Shown here: positions 25,001 through 40,000 of the stretch, in pieces
Layout: every line of letters begins with the position of its first letter
Numbering within the stretch: position 1 is the first letter of the stretch
NCBI RefSeq assembly: GCF_026571515.1
Contig: NW_026859203.1
Span: forward strand, 248,001-312,000
Reading direction: 5' to 3'
Source: Ruditapes philippinarum
Lineage: Eukaryota
Length of the DNA: 64,000 nt
The notes under the pieces: generated by a model
The model's database searches: none
Told to the model about the DNA's origin: nothing
The model's input: only the letters and a program-made list of their open reading frames with translations
Made by a program: the position numbers and the translations under genes

Positions 25001-28000
25001 AATTGTTTTTTTTACTAAGTGTGTCGTCTATTTCGTTTTTTCACAGAAAGGAACAATACTGAGGTTTTTTGACATGGCGGGACGGGAAGCTGTAGACATG
25101 AATGAAATAAACTAAGTCAAGTAAACCCAAGCCAGCCTTCACTACATGTTTAATTTTTGAAGCGAAGGTTGGCATTTGTTTAGTATATTGTTTTTTGAGG
25201 CCCTTATATGGAACGCCGTGACTGTCTTATGCTATCAATGTTTTTGCTATCTTGTGAAATGATGATATTATTTTGTCATTTAAGCATATTAACATGTGCA
25301 ATTTACATCATATCTTGTCTAAAGACAATGCTGACTTGTTCAAACAGCATGTTAACTTGTCGAATAATCATTATGACATGTGCAGACAACATGTTAACTT
25401 GTCAAAGTATCATGATGACTTGTGCAAACGACATGTTAACTTGTCAAAATATTATGATGACTTGTGCAAACGACGTGTTAACTTGTCAAAATTTCATGAT
25501 GACATGTGCAAACAGCATGTTAACTTGTCGAATTATTGTGATGACATGCTCATAATACCTTAACAAGTTAACATGTGTTTTGCACAAGTCATCACGATTT
25601 TTTGACAAATTAACATGTTGTCTGCACAAGTCATCATGATAATTTGACAAGTTAACATGTCGTTTGCACAAGTCATCATGATATTTTGACAAGTTAACAT
25701 GGCATTTGCACATGTTATCACGATACCTTGACAAGTTAACATGTTGTTTGCACATGTCATCATGAAATTTTGACAAGTTAACATGATACTTTGACAAGTT
25801 AACATGGCGTTTGTACAAGTCATCATGACATTTTGACAAGTTATCATACTGTTTGCACATGTCATCATGAAATTTTGACAAGTTAGTATGGCATTTGCAC
25901 AAGTCATCATTATACTTGGACAAGTTAACATGTCGTTTGCACAAGTCATCATGATACTTGGACATGTTAACTTGCTGTATGCACATGTCATAACGATAAT
26001 TCGACAAGTTAACATGCTGTTTACACATGTCATAAAGGAATTTTGACATGTTAGCATGGCATTTGCACAAGTTATCATAATACTTTGACAAGTTAACAGT
26101 ACGTTTTGACATGTCAGCATGATACAAGATAACATGTCATTTGCACAAGTCATCACGATTCTTTGACAAGTTCACATGTTGTCTTCACAAGTCATCATGG
26201 TTATTTGACATGTTAACATGCTGTTTGCACAAGTCATCATGATACTTTGACAAGTTAACATGCTGTTTGCACATGTCATCACAATAATTCGACAAGTTAA
26301 CATGTCGTTTGCACAAGTCATCATTACATTTTGACAAGTTACCATGTCATTTGCACAAGTCATCATTATACTTTGACAAGTTACCATGTCATTTGCACAA
26401 GTCATCATTATACTTTGACAAGTTACCATGTCATTTGCACAAGTCATCAAGATACTTTGACAAGTTAGCATGTTGTCTGCACATGTCATCATAATAATTT
26501 GACATGTTAACATGCTGTTTGTACATGTAAGCATGTTCCTTTGACAAGACATGATGTAAATTGCACATGTTAACATGCTCATACGACAAAATAATATCAT
26601 CGTTTCACAAGATAACAAAAACATTGATTACATAAGACAGTCACGGCGTTCCATACCCTTAGCTGAAGACTGATGGAAACGACCGAAAAATTGGGGTTGG
26701 AGTCGGTTTGTTACAGGGGTACGGGGTACGGTTGTGTTTTTGGGAGGGAAAGATGCAAATTATAAAAAGAAAAGGCAATTCACGAAAGAAAATTTGTTTT
26801 AAAATGAAAGGGTTTTTTTATGATTAAAAATGTTGTGAAGAGGATGTGTTATATTTTTAATAATTAAACATTTTGTGACGAGGATGTGTTATATGGGACA
26901 TGGAAGGCAGATGCAGTTACACCATGTTTATAACATGGCTTCGAGACCGAGTGTCTAATTACCTTTACTATCGTGAAGTTTGTCTGATAGAAAAACGTCT
27001 TTGATATATTTTGCAGGGAAAACTTTATTCTGTAAATCATAATGAAATATTGAACTTCTAAGCTAGTGTATCATTATTATCTCAGCCTTTGTTAGCTTGA
27101 TGGTTGTTATTTTAACACCTTAACTATATGCATACTACTAATTACTATTCAACATAAATTTATGTCTTAAAAGCCTAGTAATAATAGACTTTACTATCTC
27201 TAACTATTTCGTTATATTTACGAGGGGTGATTCAGAAATCATAGAATCAACAATTAATCATTTAATGTTCATATAACAAACATCCTCTTATACAAGAAAA
27301 GAAAAAAGAAAAAAATTACAGTATGATCAGCACGTGCATAACTATAGCAGCATAGTTATCTCGTACAACATATTAGACAAATGCCATTACATTATATATC
27401 AAGTTCTAAGTCATAGCTCACCTTTTCTGTCCCAGGTATAGGAATTTTCATTGTAAGATTATTCTGGAAGATGGAATTTTGTAAATTCAAAAACGCTATA
27501 AGATTGGTCGATTCAGTCGTTGATTGGTCCACGGTTCCTAAAATAAGTAATAGATATATCTTATATGAAAATAGCTCAAAGTCTGTTTGTAGGAAAGTAA
27601 AGCCTCGAATTGCAAAATTTTTTGATTTCCTTAAAATACATGTTATCCAAAAAGATAATTTTACTTGGTATATATTTTAAAATAATTCAGTATGTCACAA
27701 CATTTTAATGAACGTAAATAATTTTTAAATTGTCATTCAATTATATTTTATTGCAGGAACAGATTCGGACATTTACACAAACTTACTTGAATAAGAAATA
27801 CATGTTGTATGTTCTTGATTTGCACCATCCGGTACATGTTGTATGCTTAGCAAACACTGGTTGCTGGAGGTACATACATAAAAACTGTTACAAATGAAAT
27901 CTGTATTACTAAAGCACGTAGCGGCACACTGGCTTGGACTTTGGGGAACAGTTACAACTTTGTCGACATGTTCTGGAACATATCCACTCTTCAGTCTGGT

Positions 28001-31000
28001 GAAATATACTGTAAGATGCATAAACAAAAATGAAACATAAATTTGTATGTTATTTAATGAATAACACATAAATAATTTCGGATTTAATAATGAAATAAAT
28101 AGCGCATTCATCAAATGTGTTAAGTTTCAGTTCATTTAGATATGTTCAGGAAAAAACTGCTAAGAAGGCCAGATTGGGTATTTCGTGAACAAATCAAAAG
28201 CACTATTTTTAGTTATGCAGCCTAGTAAGGAAGCTTCTTTCATTGCAGCATATTGTTTTTGTTGTATTTCTTAATATTGACAATCATATTTTTCTAGTTC
28301 TTCCTTATATAAAGGTTGACAAAATAAAAGAAGCAAGTGGTAGTTCCGTAAAAACACAAATATGATGTAAATGTAAGTTCTATTTTTAAAACACATGAAG
28401 TCATACTTTTTCACAAGAGAGAAATAATCAAATAAGTCTAATTTGTCTAATGCTAATCTCTGACCATTCCTCAAATGTCACTTTATTGTACAGATGAGCA
28501 AAAAGAAATTGACCAGCTGAGTGTAGATAGTCTGTTTAATTAAGGTGGTAACTTGGTTATACAAAGGCATTCACAAACGTTTAAAATAAAACAATATGCG
28601 AAAACAGCTATCAATTTCGTTTATAACTAAAATGTATTAAAAGTGCTTACACAATTTGTTCGGTTGTTCAACAAGAGAACTTGTTAGATATATATTATCA
28701 TTATCATGATCAAGACGTGTTTGTTGAAATCTGTGTATAGATGCACCAGATAACTTGGACATTTTGAATGTTGCTTCTATCAGAAATATTTTAGTACTGG
28801 TCCGTAGATATTCTTCATATTTTCCTGCAAATCGTCGAAGAAAATAGAATTTTATCAAAAAAAGATTATGTTCTTTTCCTGTTCAATGGCGTCTAATGAG
28901 CTGATTATTAAATAACTTTAATTGTTTGTCATTTGCACAGTTAATAAAGGTATTCTCAATTAAAGACATCTTAGATTGCTAAATATAACACTTGCGTTGT
29001 CAACTTTGACACTTCAAGAATTTAAGCTTTTGGAATCCTACCTGGAAAAGTGATTTGAAACTGCTTTGTATTTTGTGTTTTGTAGCAATGTGGCACGTCA
29101 AAAACAGAAAGATCTGGATGTCCTACATCGAAGTTGTAGAAATTATATTCCATGTAGTATGTTGGCTGCAGGATAATTGTATAAATATAGTTGCTTATTA
29201 ATAAGGATTGTTTACACAGCAATATGTGAACGCTTTTAGTTTTGGAAGCAACGAAATCTTACATGAAAGATAATTACACGCGCAACGGCTTAGCATTAAC
29301 CTGTACGTTTTCAACTTAAAAAAAGTATTAACACAAAAGAAAGAGCTTAAATTCATCTTAAATAAAATTAACTGTTTGGGATTTGAAAAATATCAGTTGA
29401 AAAATGAGATGAACTAAAAAATATAAGCAACACAAATATACTGAAACACTTTAAGGTGTTATAACAAAGACAAAAAGAAAATAAATTGAATTGTGTGAAT
29501 TTAAACCTGAAGGACTGTCACTTCGAGTCTAACAGGTTGACCGATTGCACCTCCTAAATATCCATCACTGATTTCCATCCAATCATCCTAAATGCAATAT
29601 TTTATATAAACATTGTATACTTATATAAATAAATCAATGACAAACGCGAAATAGTAATATATTTAATAATAATACGGCATTTAAACCTCTAAATATGACC
29701 GTTAGCATATGGAAAGTACAGTTCATATATTATTTCACAAGGTTACTTAGATTCAGCGTTTTGATGAAGCACACATATATGGATGAACCACATAAATAGT
29801 ATTTATAAATGTAATTAATATATGATATATACTTTATGTCATTTTATCACGTGGTGATTAAAGAAAATGGCTTATATACACCTTGCTTAATAAACCAAAG
29901 AATATGTAAATACGTTTACCAACATATATAACAATGAAAGAAGATGATTATTTTTCATTAAGGAACTACGATTGTACATGTTTGAATAAAGGAATAATTT
30001 TAACAACATTTGTTTTCCCCCTTTTAAACTTGTTTTGAAAATTATTAAAGGAAAACTAATTTATCAATATATTACAAGTATATACTTACAGAAAGAAAGG
30101 AATATCGGAATATTGCATTTACGGGTTTGTTATTAAAGATATAATCTTTCCGTAAAGATTCAAATACGTTGCATGCCATTCCACGGACAGTTTGCTGCAA
30201 AATAAACATTACAGTATTAAACGCAACTGACATTTTTTGTACTATTTTAAATTCAGGAAAGTTAAGACGATGTACGACATATTACAATCATGACAATATT
30301 AAATATGAACTAAAGTCAGCAAAAGGCAAGAAACATGAATATTAAATTCAGGAGTAGAAGCATAAATAACAAATTCAACAAATTCAAAATACAATTCAGA
30401 GAACAAGCATGAAAAATAGTCAAAGAGGAAAAATCAGAATACAAAAATAATAAAATTTCAAACTAACTCACTTGACCAACAAAAAAGTACGAGTCGTCAA
30501 TAAGGAATAGTTGTAAGGGGTCTTTTATGAAAAGTTTGTATGTTGAATTAACTGACTGATTCGGAGACATATTTGCACCAAAATCAAAGTCCCCAATCTG
30601 AGTTACTGTGCAGTTACGATATGCTTTATCTGTCACGTATTTCATACCTACAACAATAAACATATGACAAATAGTGACCTTACTTAACTGATAATACACA
30701 ATGATAGCTTGCCTTTCAGACAACATTATACACAACAAATTATTCGATTCTGTGATTTTAAAAAATTGTACTGTCTGCAGATGATTAGTATTGAATTTGT
30801 ATATATGTAATGCCATAAAGTGATTGTAGATTCTATTATGAGTTAACGTTTAAAAATACTTAATGATATATGTTTGACTGTATTATATGCTTTTTGGTAA
30901 GCATGGGAATATTGCCCGGATGTATTTTTGAAATCTTGTATTTGCAGCTAACTCAAACAGGCAATGAATTGTAATACTACGATAGTTTAAGCATATCCTT

Positions 31001-34000
31001 AAACGTACCCTAGTATAAATACTTATTTTTTTATTTGTATTGTGCAGGGCGTTATGATTTCTACTGCTCAGAATGTTTACAAATATAAGTACATGTAGAT
31101 AGGTAATACAATATTTACCTGTATTGTAATCTTCTACTATAGACAAGGGATGGGTAGTATAGTATGGGTATATAGCGCGTCCATAATGTGGGTCATAACG
31201 GATCATTTTATAGCCGTCATCATAACGTACCTGCAGTGTAATTTTATACAAACATGACATTCAATTAAAACAATAGTATTTAGTGTCGATATAAAAACAA
31301 TCTAGTGTGAAAAGTCATATCGATAAAACGAATGTGCTGTTATTCTATAAACAACCTGACGTTCAGATATAGTTACTAATGTTAGAGTTGCATACTTTTA
31401 TAGTGTACACGTGCTCATCTGCAGGTACTGACACCTCAACGTCGTAGCTGTAGGCGCCCGACAATTGGGCGGGTACATTCACGTCACGAGTCACCCAGCC
31501 TTAAAATGAAAATAAATACTTAAATCAATAGCTATAAGATTATTACAATATGTATTGCTATGAATGTTTAAGCGATTATTCCCGTGACATTTACATGTAT
31601 GTAACCGCTGTAACATTTTTACTTTGCACACTATGATAAAACATAACTAAATATTTTAAATTTCACCTAATAAGGTGAACTTCAGTCTGTATGGCGGGCT
31701 TACTGGTAGTTCAAAATTCTGTACCAACGCTGCCTGTCTGTGGATACCAAATGTTTATTTGAGTATTTGAGATTTTTTTTTTGAAAAATTCTTTTAAAAT
31801 AAGATGATGATGTCAAAAAATCAATTTCATTTTCCCTCGGAAAAATGCTTTGTTTAATTAGAATGAAACGACATCGTGTAAGCAAATACTTACCAAACGT
31901 CAATGTTACATCAACGGCCGTATATACCTGAAAAAATATACAACATGTCTGAAACCATAACATTGTTAAAAAATATACTTTCCTGCTGAAATACAGTTCC
32001 CTTCCATTCCTGCTGCTACACTACTTACATTTTATCAGGTATTTGAATAACAAAGATTGATTTATCAAATCAAGAAATTGAACTTTTTCCGACAAGCAAT
32101 TTTACTTCATGAGTGAAATATCTTGTCTTGCAGATTTATTAAAAAAGGTCTTTGCTTCAGAAAACAAATTTCACTTACTTTATCACCAAATCTGTTTAAT
32201 ACTAAAGTATTATTATACACACTTGTCCTCAGACGTTTATAAGCATCAGCAATGCTCTTTTCTGGTGGAATGCCGTCAACGTTTCCTATATTCATACGAA
32301 CACGTTTAAAAATCTTCTAACGTATAAACTTACAAAAAATATTTAACATTTTAGAATAAGAATATGCTTAATTTCAAGCGACACATAACAACTAATTCTC
32401 TAGGTACTGCAGTAATCTATGTGCTTTAGAAAAGCATATGTAAGTCTGATTGCAACGGTATCAGCAACAGTGACAGGTCTGTCCCAAAATATTTTTACTA
32501 AAATTAACAACCGATTGCCTCTAAACAATAGCAGTCTGTTATTGAGATTATTGTCTGTACCTTAGATTTACAAAAAGAAGAGAAAACGGCCATTCAAGTT
32601 TTGTCAGTGTAAATGGTAAATGCCTTTTTTAAAGTTTTTGCTGGGTTTAAGACAAAATGAATGACGGCTTTCCAGCTTTTTTTATTTAAGAATACAGAGC
32701 ACTCCCTTGTAGAACCGACGACCTGGACGGACGGATAGCTTCCTCCCGCTTACATTTTCTTGTTGACAGGCATGTGTTTCAAAACTAACATCATTAACCA
32801 CTTGAGCACAGATGCCACGAAATGACTTAAGGGGAATAAGGAACGAAAAATAATGTACTTGAATAATGGTCGCATGTTTTAACGGTGTTAAGTACAACAC
32901 CATCATCACTGTGCATCTTGCTGAGATGACACGATGAATCATCACTGCAGACATCAAAACTATTACAAATAAAACTCGGGTTGTTTACACAATCACTCGC
33001 ACATTTTACCGGACTTGATGTGTTATATATTATCTGATCGTCACGTCTTTCCATTGCCTTGCCAACGATTTTTGTAAATTGTGCTGAAATAACAAGATAT
33101 GTTTATACGGTATAGTCTCTGCAGAGCAACATCATTTGTGAGACAGATGTTTTGATTAATGCCGAGAAGTATTGTTAATGAGGTTACAATTATCGTGAAC
33201 TTTTAATTTGTGAGTTACTGTTGCAGTTGTTGTAAAGAGGTTGTTGCTCTTCAGAAAGATTTACATAGGTTATATTGTGCCGCATGTTTACACCGGCATA
33301 CATCACCCTTACTCCTACGGTATTTACGTATACTCCAGCCCATTTATTGTGCTATAACCTTTCAGAGAACTTCATAAAATATCTGTTTAACCAGTTAATC
33401 AGAAAAACTATTATACGTCTGCGCAATTTGACTTTGAATGTTGCCTGCTTAATTTTAGTATTTGATACGTATTCTTACTTCTTATTTATTGTTTAAAAAT
33501 ACATTAATGCAGAAAAAGTACTCAGAAGGTCAAGTGTTAAAAAAATATAACTAATGGTAAAATCAAATCAATTACCAATCATGTATAGATGTTTCGTGAG
33601 TATTTCCCATCAGTCAAACAACAGATTTTATCAGTGATTAATAATGTATATATTTTTGTAGCAAATATCGTCATTTTCATCTAAAAGTAAACCTTAATTT
33701 TTGTTTCAAGAGGGTTTTGTTTCATATTCTAATTACCCGAACGAACGAACAAACAATAAACAAGCACATCAACAAATATTCTCTATACTAGTATGTAAAG
33801 TGATATTAAAAATAATTATTTAATTGATAGAATGTTAGTATTGTTTTGATATCGAACTATTGAACTCAGTAATACCAGTATAAAGTACAGTAAAAAATCC
33901 CATGAGACACTGTACACGATACGTACTTACAAAGCGATAAAAATCTGAGGTTGAAAAGGGTTTTAATGATAAATTTGTTGATAGCTCGTTAATAGTTCGT

Positions 34001-37000
34001 TTTCTGATTCTGCATTTTTCTCTCCAAGTTTATATAGGTAGTAATTGTAGTCTATTGAGCAACAAACATGTGATTTTGGTTTTCCTAATCGTTCATTAAT
34101 AAGTACCTAATCTTGGTTCAAATATTTATGTATGTAACTTACAAAACACATTGTCTTTCACATCTAGTGTCATTTGACTTTATTTGTTCGCTTTGGTATT
34201 AAATTGACATTATGCTAATTTTGTTTCAAATTTAAGTTGAGCTGAAGTAACGATATATTGTTAAAGAGGTGATTGACCAACAGCTTATATTTGAAAATGT
34301 TAACGATAAAATTCAAATCTGCCTAAAAAATAAAAAAGACAGCCTAATCTTTTATAAATTGAACGTTTCAGGTAAATTCCAATGGATATTAACAGAACTT
34401 TCCTTGGGCCACGTGGGTTATTTATCGATAAAGCGAAGTAAATTATAAAATTGAAAGGAGGGCCGGCAAAATGTAATTTTATTTTGATTTTTATGAGTTC
34501 ACTCACTTTATACCCTTGAATAAATGAATTGTGGATGATTAAGTTACAAAATCTCAAAATATTGGGCAACATTGACAAGAGCCATGTCAACATGGCCATC
34601 TCCCGCCGAATGTGTTTGCTCATTGGAAGAATGTATATGTAGTAGAGCAGAATAATTCAATTTTAAGAGGTCTTTTGGTAATGAAAACTGATGGCTGAAG
34701 TGATAACAGATTTGAAACCTATGTGAATACTAATGGCTGAAAATAACAAAGGGTAATAACTGAAAAATAATGCAGGGTAGGTTATCATTCTTGTGTGCTG
34801 CACCCCTCCTCAGTAACATGTATCCACCTATGAAGTTTCAAGTTGATACCTCAAATAATTTTGAGATAAGCTCCGGACAAAATAGTATGAAAAAGAACAA
34901 AGGGCAATAACTCAAAACTATATAGGGAAGAGTTATCATTCTTGCGCACAGCATTCCTCCTCAATAAGATCTATCCACCTATGACATTTTATGTTGACAT
35001 CTCAAACACGTTTGAGTTATGCTCCTCTCAGGTGAAAAAATAAATACGAAAAATAACATAGGGCAATAACTCAAAATTTATGAAAGGTAGAGTTATCATA
35101 CTTATGCACTGCACACCTCCTGAGTGAGATCTATGCACCTATGAAGTTTCATGTTGATATCTCAAAGGCTTTTTGAGTTATGTTCTGGACAAAAATTAAT
35201 TTTGAAAAATAACAAAGGGCAATATCTCAAAAATTATGCAGGGTAGAGTTATCATTCTTGTGCACTACACTCCTCCTCAATGAGGTCTATCCACCTATGA
35301 AGTTTCAAGTTGATACCTCAAATACTTTTTGAGATATGCTCCGGACAAAAATGTCGGACGGAAGGACGGAAGGTCGGACGGACGGACGGAGACTTTTTAT
35401 ATATCCCCCGCCGCCTTTTCGGCGGGGGATAAAAATGCCGCAGGACCTGTTTGATTGAGCCTGTTCATAGAGTGGTTATTTAAAAATACCGTCCATACCC
35501 TTATGATACGGAAGCATATTTTATTTCTACCATATAATTACACTGACATATAAAGGTTCTGTGCCCTGCAATAGTCTCAAATCGCAACATTTAAGATCAC
35601 TTGTTTCTTTTGATTGTAAACTAATGGCTTACCATCTTACACAAGCACCATTTCATAATCTTACATGTTTAAGGTAGCCCTCCTTAAGTTGCTTGTTGAA
35701 ACATATTCGGTATCACATTTGTTTCATTTTTTTATCGTGTTCCATTGTTTCTACTTGCTTCAAAAATACTAATCAGAACTTTCTTCTCATATTTTTGCCT
35801 ATCTTTTATTTTTACGGACATAATAAATTTTTAATATTTCTGACATCATGTCGAGAATTAATATGTTTGTTACGATATAATTCTATGATATTTTATCATT
35901 TATGTTTTCATTTACAAGGACTACAGTGGATATAAAGATGTAATTTCTGTATTATAATGCGGTAATGTGGCACATGTCATGGTTAATACTCATATATCAA
36001 TATTGTATATAACAGCTTGTCTGTGACCATTGTATGCTCTGTTATAACAGAATTAATCTATTATTCTCGAAGGAATCAGTAAGAGCAATCCAGGGCTATG
36101 ATTTAAATAATTTCATTTCTTGATTTTGTTTTCTCTATTTACTTCAAAGTAATTTGTTAAAATGTTAAAACTCCAGTTTCATTCTTTTATCTCATTAATC
36201 ATTATGATAATATTAAAATAACTGAACTCACCAGAATATGCTGTTTTATCCAATAATGTTGCACTCACAAACAGATTGGCATCATCATAATCTATATTGA
36301 TGTTAGAAATTCTCAGTATTGAAACCTGCATGTTTTCAGCAAGAATGAGATGCGACCATTCTTTTATTGTTGGAACCTCCTTTGCAACCAATGTACCTAT
36401 TAAAATGGAATAATTTAATACCAATCGAACCAACATAGATAAGCTTTGTAAATATATTATATCAATTTGATAATTGCATTATACAAATTAAAAGTGTCGA
36501 TTGTGAATATTTTGCAAAGGACATCAATAAAAAAAGTTTTTTTGTTGTTTTTTTTGTGGTTAGTATGAAAAATTTAGATTTAGTTCAGGCAAGAATCACG
36601 GTTTAAGATAGTTCGTGTTTGCTAAATGATAACTCATAGTACTGTTTAATAGATGATTAAAATTCAAAGTCAAACTAGAATTTAGCATATTGACCTATAG
36701 TTTTGTAGATTCAAGTTAAAAACAGAATATAGCGAATTTGTATTTGGAAAGGTAAACAAAAGAATACTCTCTTACCTGGAAACTTAAGTTGAAAACTGAT
36801 TTTATTTGCTTCAAAAAAGCATTTGCTGATATCAAAAACATCGAGACTAGGCGGGTTAGGGTCGAAGTCGACAAAGTTAAAAGTGGTACTAAAGTCTCTC
36901 TGAAAACATATAGATTATGTACCTGAATATTGTCTTTTTAATACATAATACAAAGTACATGCATGACATAAAAGTACTGTAACTTGATCATATAGATTAT

Positions 37001-40000
37001 TGTCATTTAAGGTAATACACTGTATATACTGTAATGTATCAATAATATGTCAAGAAATTAATGTTGACCCTACCCAGATACGCGTAATTACTTCTTAACA
37101 CTTTCTGAAATTTAAATATTTTTGTTATATCTCTGAATTGAAAGTGTCTTACTAGTTCTTTAAGTTAAACAATGAAATAAATTTGTACCTCGTAAACATA
37201 GATTTCCATTTGTACAGGAACAGATGTGCTTGTCATTCCTTTATCAGAGTCGTGAAAATTTGACCATTCTTTCTGAAATAAAATAATAAGTCACAAATGA
37301 CTTTAATTTTATATGACTTTTTTGGGAATGATAATATGTTTGGAATTTTTAGCATTCATATTTTACTGAAAAAGAAATCCTTTTATAGTGCGTACTTATT
37401 TTACTTTTTGTTAAAATGTTACAATGGTGTTTCTAACTTTAGAACAGACCATAATTAATTTCGAGATATATGCTGTTTTACTAGAAGTTTTCAGTGCAAC
37501 ATTTTATTACTAAATAGCATTGCTTCTGTGTGCTGACATTGCTAATGTTGGCCGTTGTGTTAAGAGACCAACATAAGACACTGGCAAATGGCATTGTGAT
37601 TGTGTTTTATGCCAAAACAATGCCTAATTGATTCTCCCTTTTCTACCTTTTAAACACATGCACTGTAGCAGTTTTCAGCGCAAACATCCCTGTAGTTTCA
37701 TATATCGCTTTCTACCTAATACGACAGATAATTTAATAATTCTCTTAACACCACTTATCTTCACATAAAGCCATCAGGAATAAGCCATGGAAACGTTTTA
37801 TTGTGAAAAAGTATCCAAAATGAATTGAAATATAACGTATGCAAGAAGAAAATTTTATAAAATATGTATATGCACCTAGAAAAAAAAATGACATGAATCT
37901 CCGGCGACTTCATCATATTGCTCGAGAGACAGGATAAATTAAAAAAAAATCATTGTAAGCTGTCGTTTTGTAAAGGAAGCAATCTGTTTCTGTTGATAAT
38001 TTAGTGAAAAAACTATCAATACATTAATGAAGAGCATATGCTAATTTTAATCAAACGTCTAATTGATTGGACATAAACAGATAAGATGGAAACATTTCAG
38101 AACGCCCAAAATGGCAAAATTAAAAATTTTGGCAGTCACGGTTTGTTTAAGCCTTACATGAACGGTAATTGAACATCCAATGTAACGTTTCTGGACCCTC
38201 AGCACCGACTAAGCAGATATCAACAATTAAATATGTTTAGTGTAAACGTTATAAACACATGTGTGTCCAGCACAAGAAAACAAGTCAATATCAACTTTTG
38301 TCATTCTAAATATAGAAGCTTAATATAAATTATCAAGCAAAACATATCAAGAAATATGAAGAAACATGCAGATATTTTGAAAACGTAAGACTATTTATTA
38401 AAACTTTATCCCCTATCAAATTTTCATTTGACTGAGTACCACCTCGTCGTTTCCTCGCGAGGATACATCATTTTTTTCACTTGGGGACCATAACCCGCTT
38501 TTTATGACATTGCACCACACAAGAGTCACATTTAAGGCTACGTAAGAACACATCTGCGACAGGCGCTTAATTTAAGATAACACCATTTTCAATTAAACAT
38601 ATTGCATTATGCTCAAATCAGCACTAACCAAGTAAGCCACGTTTTCAACTTTCTCGTCTAGGTAGGACTTTTAAGGTTTCCGTTTTAACTATTCTGATAA
38701 ATAAATTCATAGCCAAACTAAATACATAAAAATAGGCCAGTGAAGAGCGAAGGGCTAACAAATTGTAAAGAAGTAAAACATATTTTGCCAGGACGACATA
38801 CATGCGCTAAAGGTACTTACAGATGTAAAGTAGAAAGTGATGGTACAATTTTGGTTGCTTATAAAACCGTTGATTGTAAGGTTCTTCGTTTGGGCAATGT
38901 AGGTATCGCACAGTATCCCCCTCACTGGATTCTACAACGTTTGTAGAAAACAAGAAGATGAGAGCAACAAAAGTTTGATGACGTCATTAATATTTCAAAA
39001 AGATTAAAAGGTGAAAGCTGAATTGTGGAAATGTTTGATTATTTAAAATAATGCAAAAGATAGAAATACGATATATCCTATATAATTGTATGCGTCGTGT
39101 TTACATTTTTATTACATTATAATACTATATATAAATATGCTACAATTAGCAAAATTGAAAATAAAACATGAAGTATGTACCTGTCCAATGTAAGTGTAAT
39201 TCCAGTCTAAATGAAACAGCTGAAGGGGATTTTTCAAATCAATTATAAATGACCCATTGTACTTGTTAGTATTGAGGGACGTGTCTATTAAATTGGTGGA
39301 CAATGATGTCGTCGTACAATTACCGTAAGATTTATCGATCACATATCGAACACCTGAAATCATAAAATCTTCTTAGGTTTCTCAGACTATAATCTTTATA
39401 ATAATGCTTACTTAATCGTAAACTATGAATTAACACATCGTGATTTACAATTAATAAATAAAAAATAAGTTTTATTGCGTTGACGTTGACGAAAGTGTCT
39501 GTTATTTTGTAGTTACAGAAATATATTTGACAATTATGAAATTCTTTAAAAAGTGTGCTTTATTTTGAGATGATAAGTTGAACTAACCTGTTTTATAGTC
39601 ATGTATCTCAGTCAGTGGGTGCATTGTATATATCGGATATAGAGGTATGAGTGGATGATAATCTCGTCGGAATAATTGGAATGACCCATCATACCATGTC
39701 TATAAAATACAGTTTAACCTTGTTGAGGAATGAACAAAGGAAAATATAATTATCTACGGAAATATTTTGATTGATTATATTTTTGTTTTGTATATAAACC
39801 TTATACATTGTAATCATTATAAATCTTAATTTTGTTTGATTGGTAATAAAGAAGTGATTATTGTCATATCACAGACTCACATCTTCAAATGTAATGGCTG
39901 ATAAATCTGGATATATTCTCTCTGTTCTGTAGTAGAATCTTTTCGGTAAAGTTGGTAATGGCTTCCCTTGTTTTCTTCCCGGACAGAAAACATTCGGAGG

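Noticed and set aside
25330-26520. Regular repeat array that could be mistaken for CRISPR
   Set aside because: There are no unique spacers, the context is a eukaryotic intron, and no cas genes are present.
25208-26624. Long Cys/Met-rich and His-rich ORFs (up to 213 aa) resembling metal-binding repeat proteins
   Set aside because: They are translations of the 42-bp tandem repeat inside a TIR/TSD-bounded transposon and are open on both strands in several frames.
26663-26692. Hammerhead-like CTGAAGA...CGAAA core (also CTGATGA at ~50803)
   Set aside because: Stems I-III cannot be formed, and the 50803 site lacks the GAAA after its stem.
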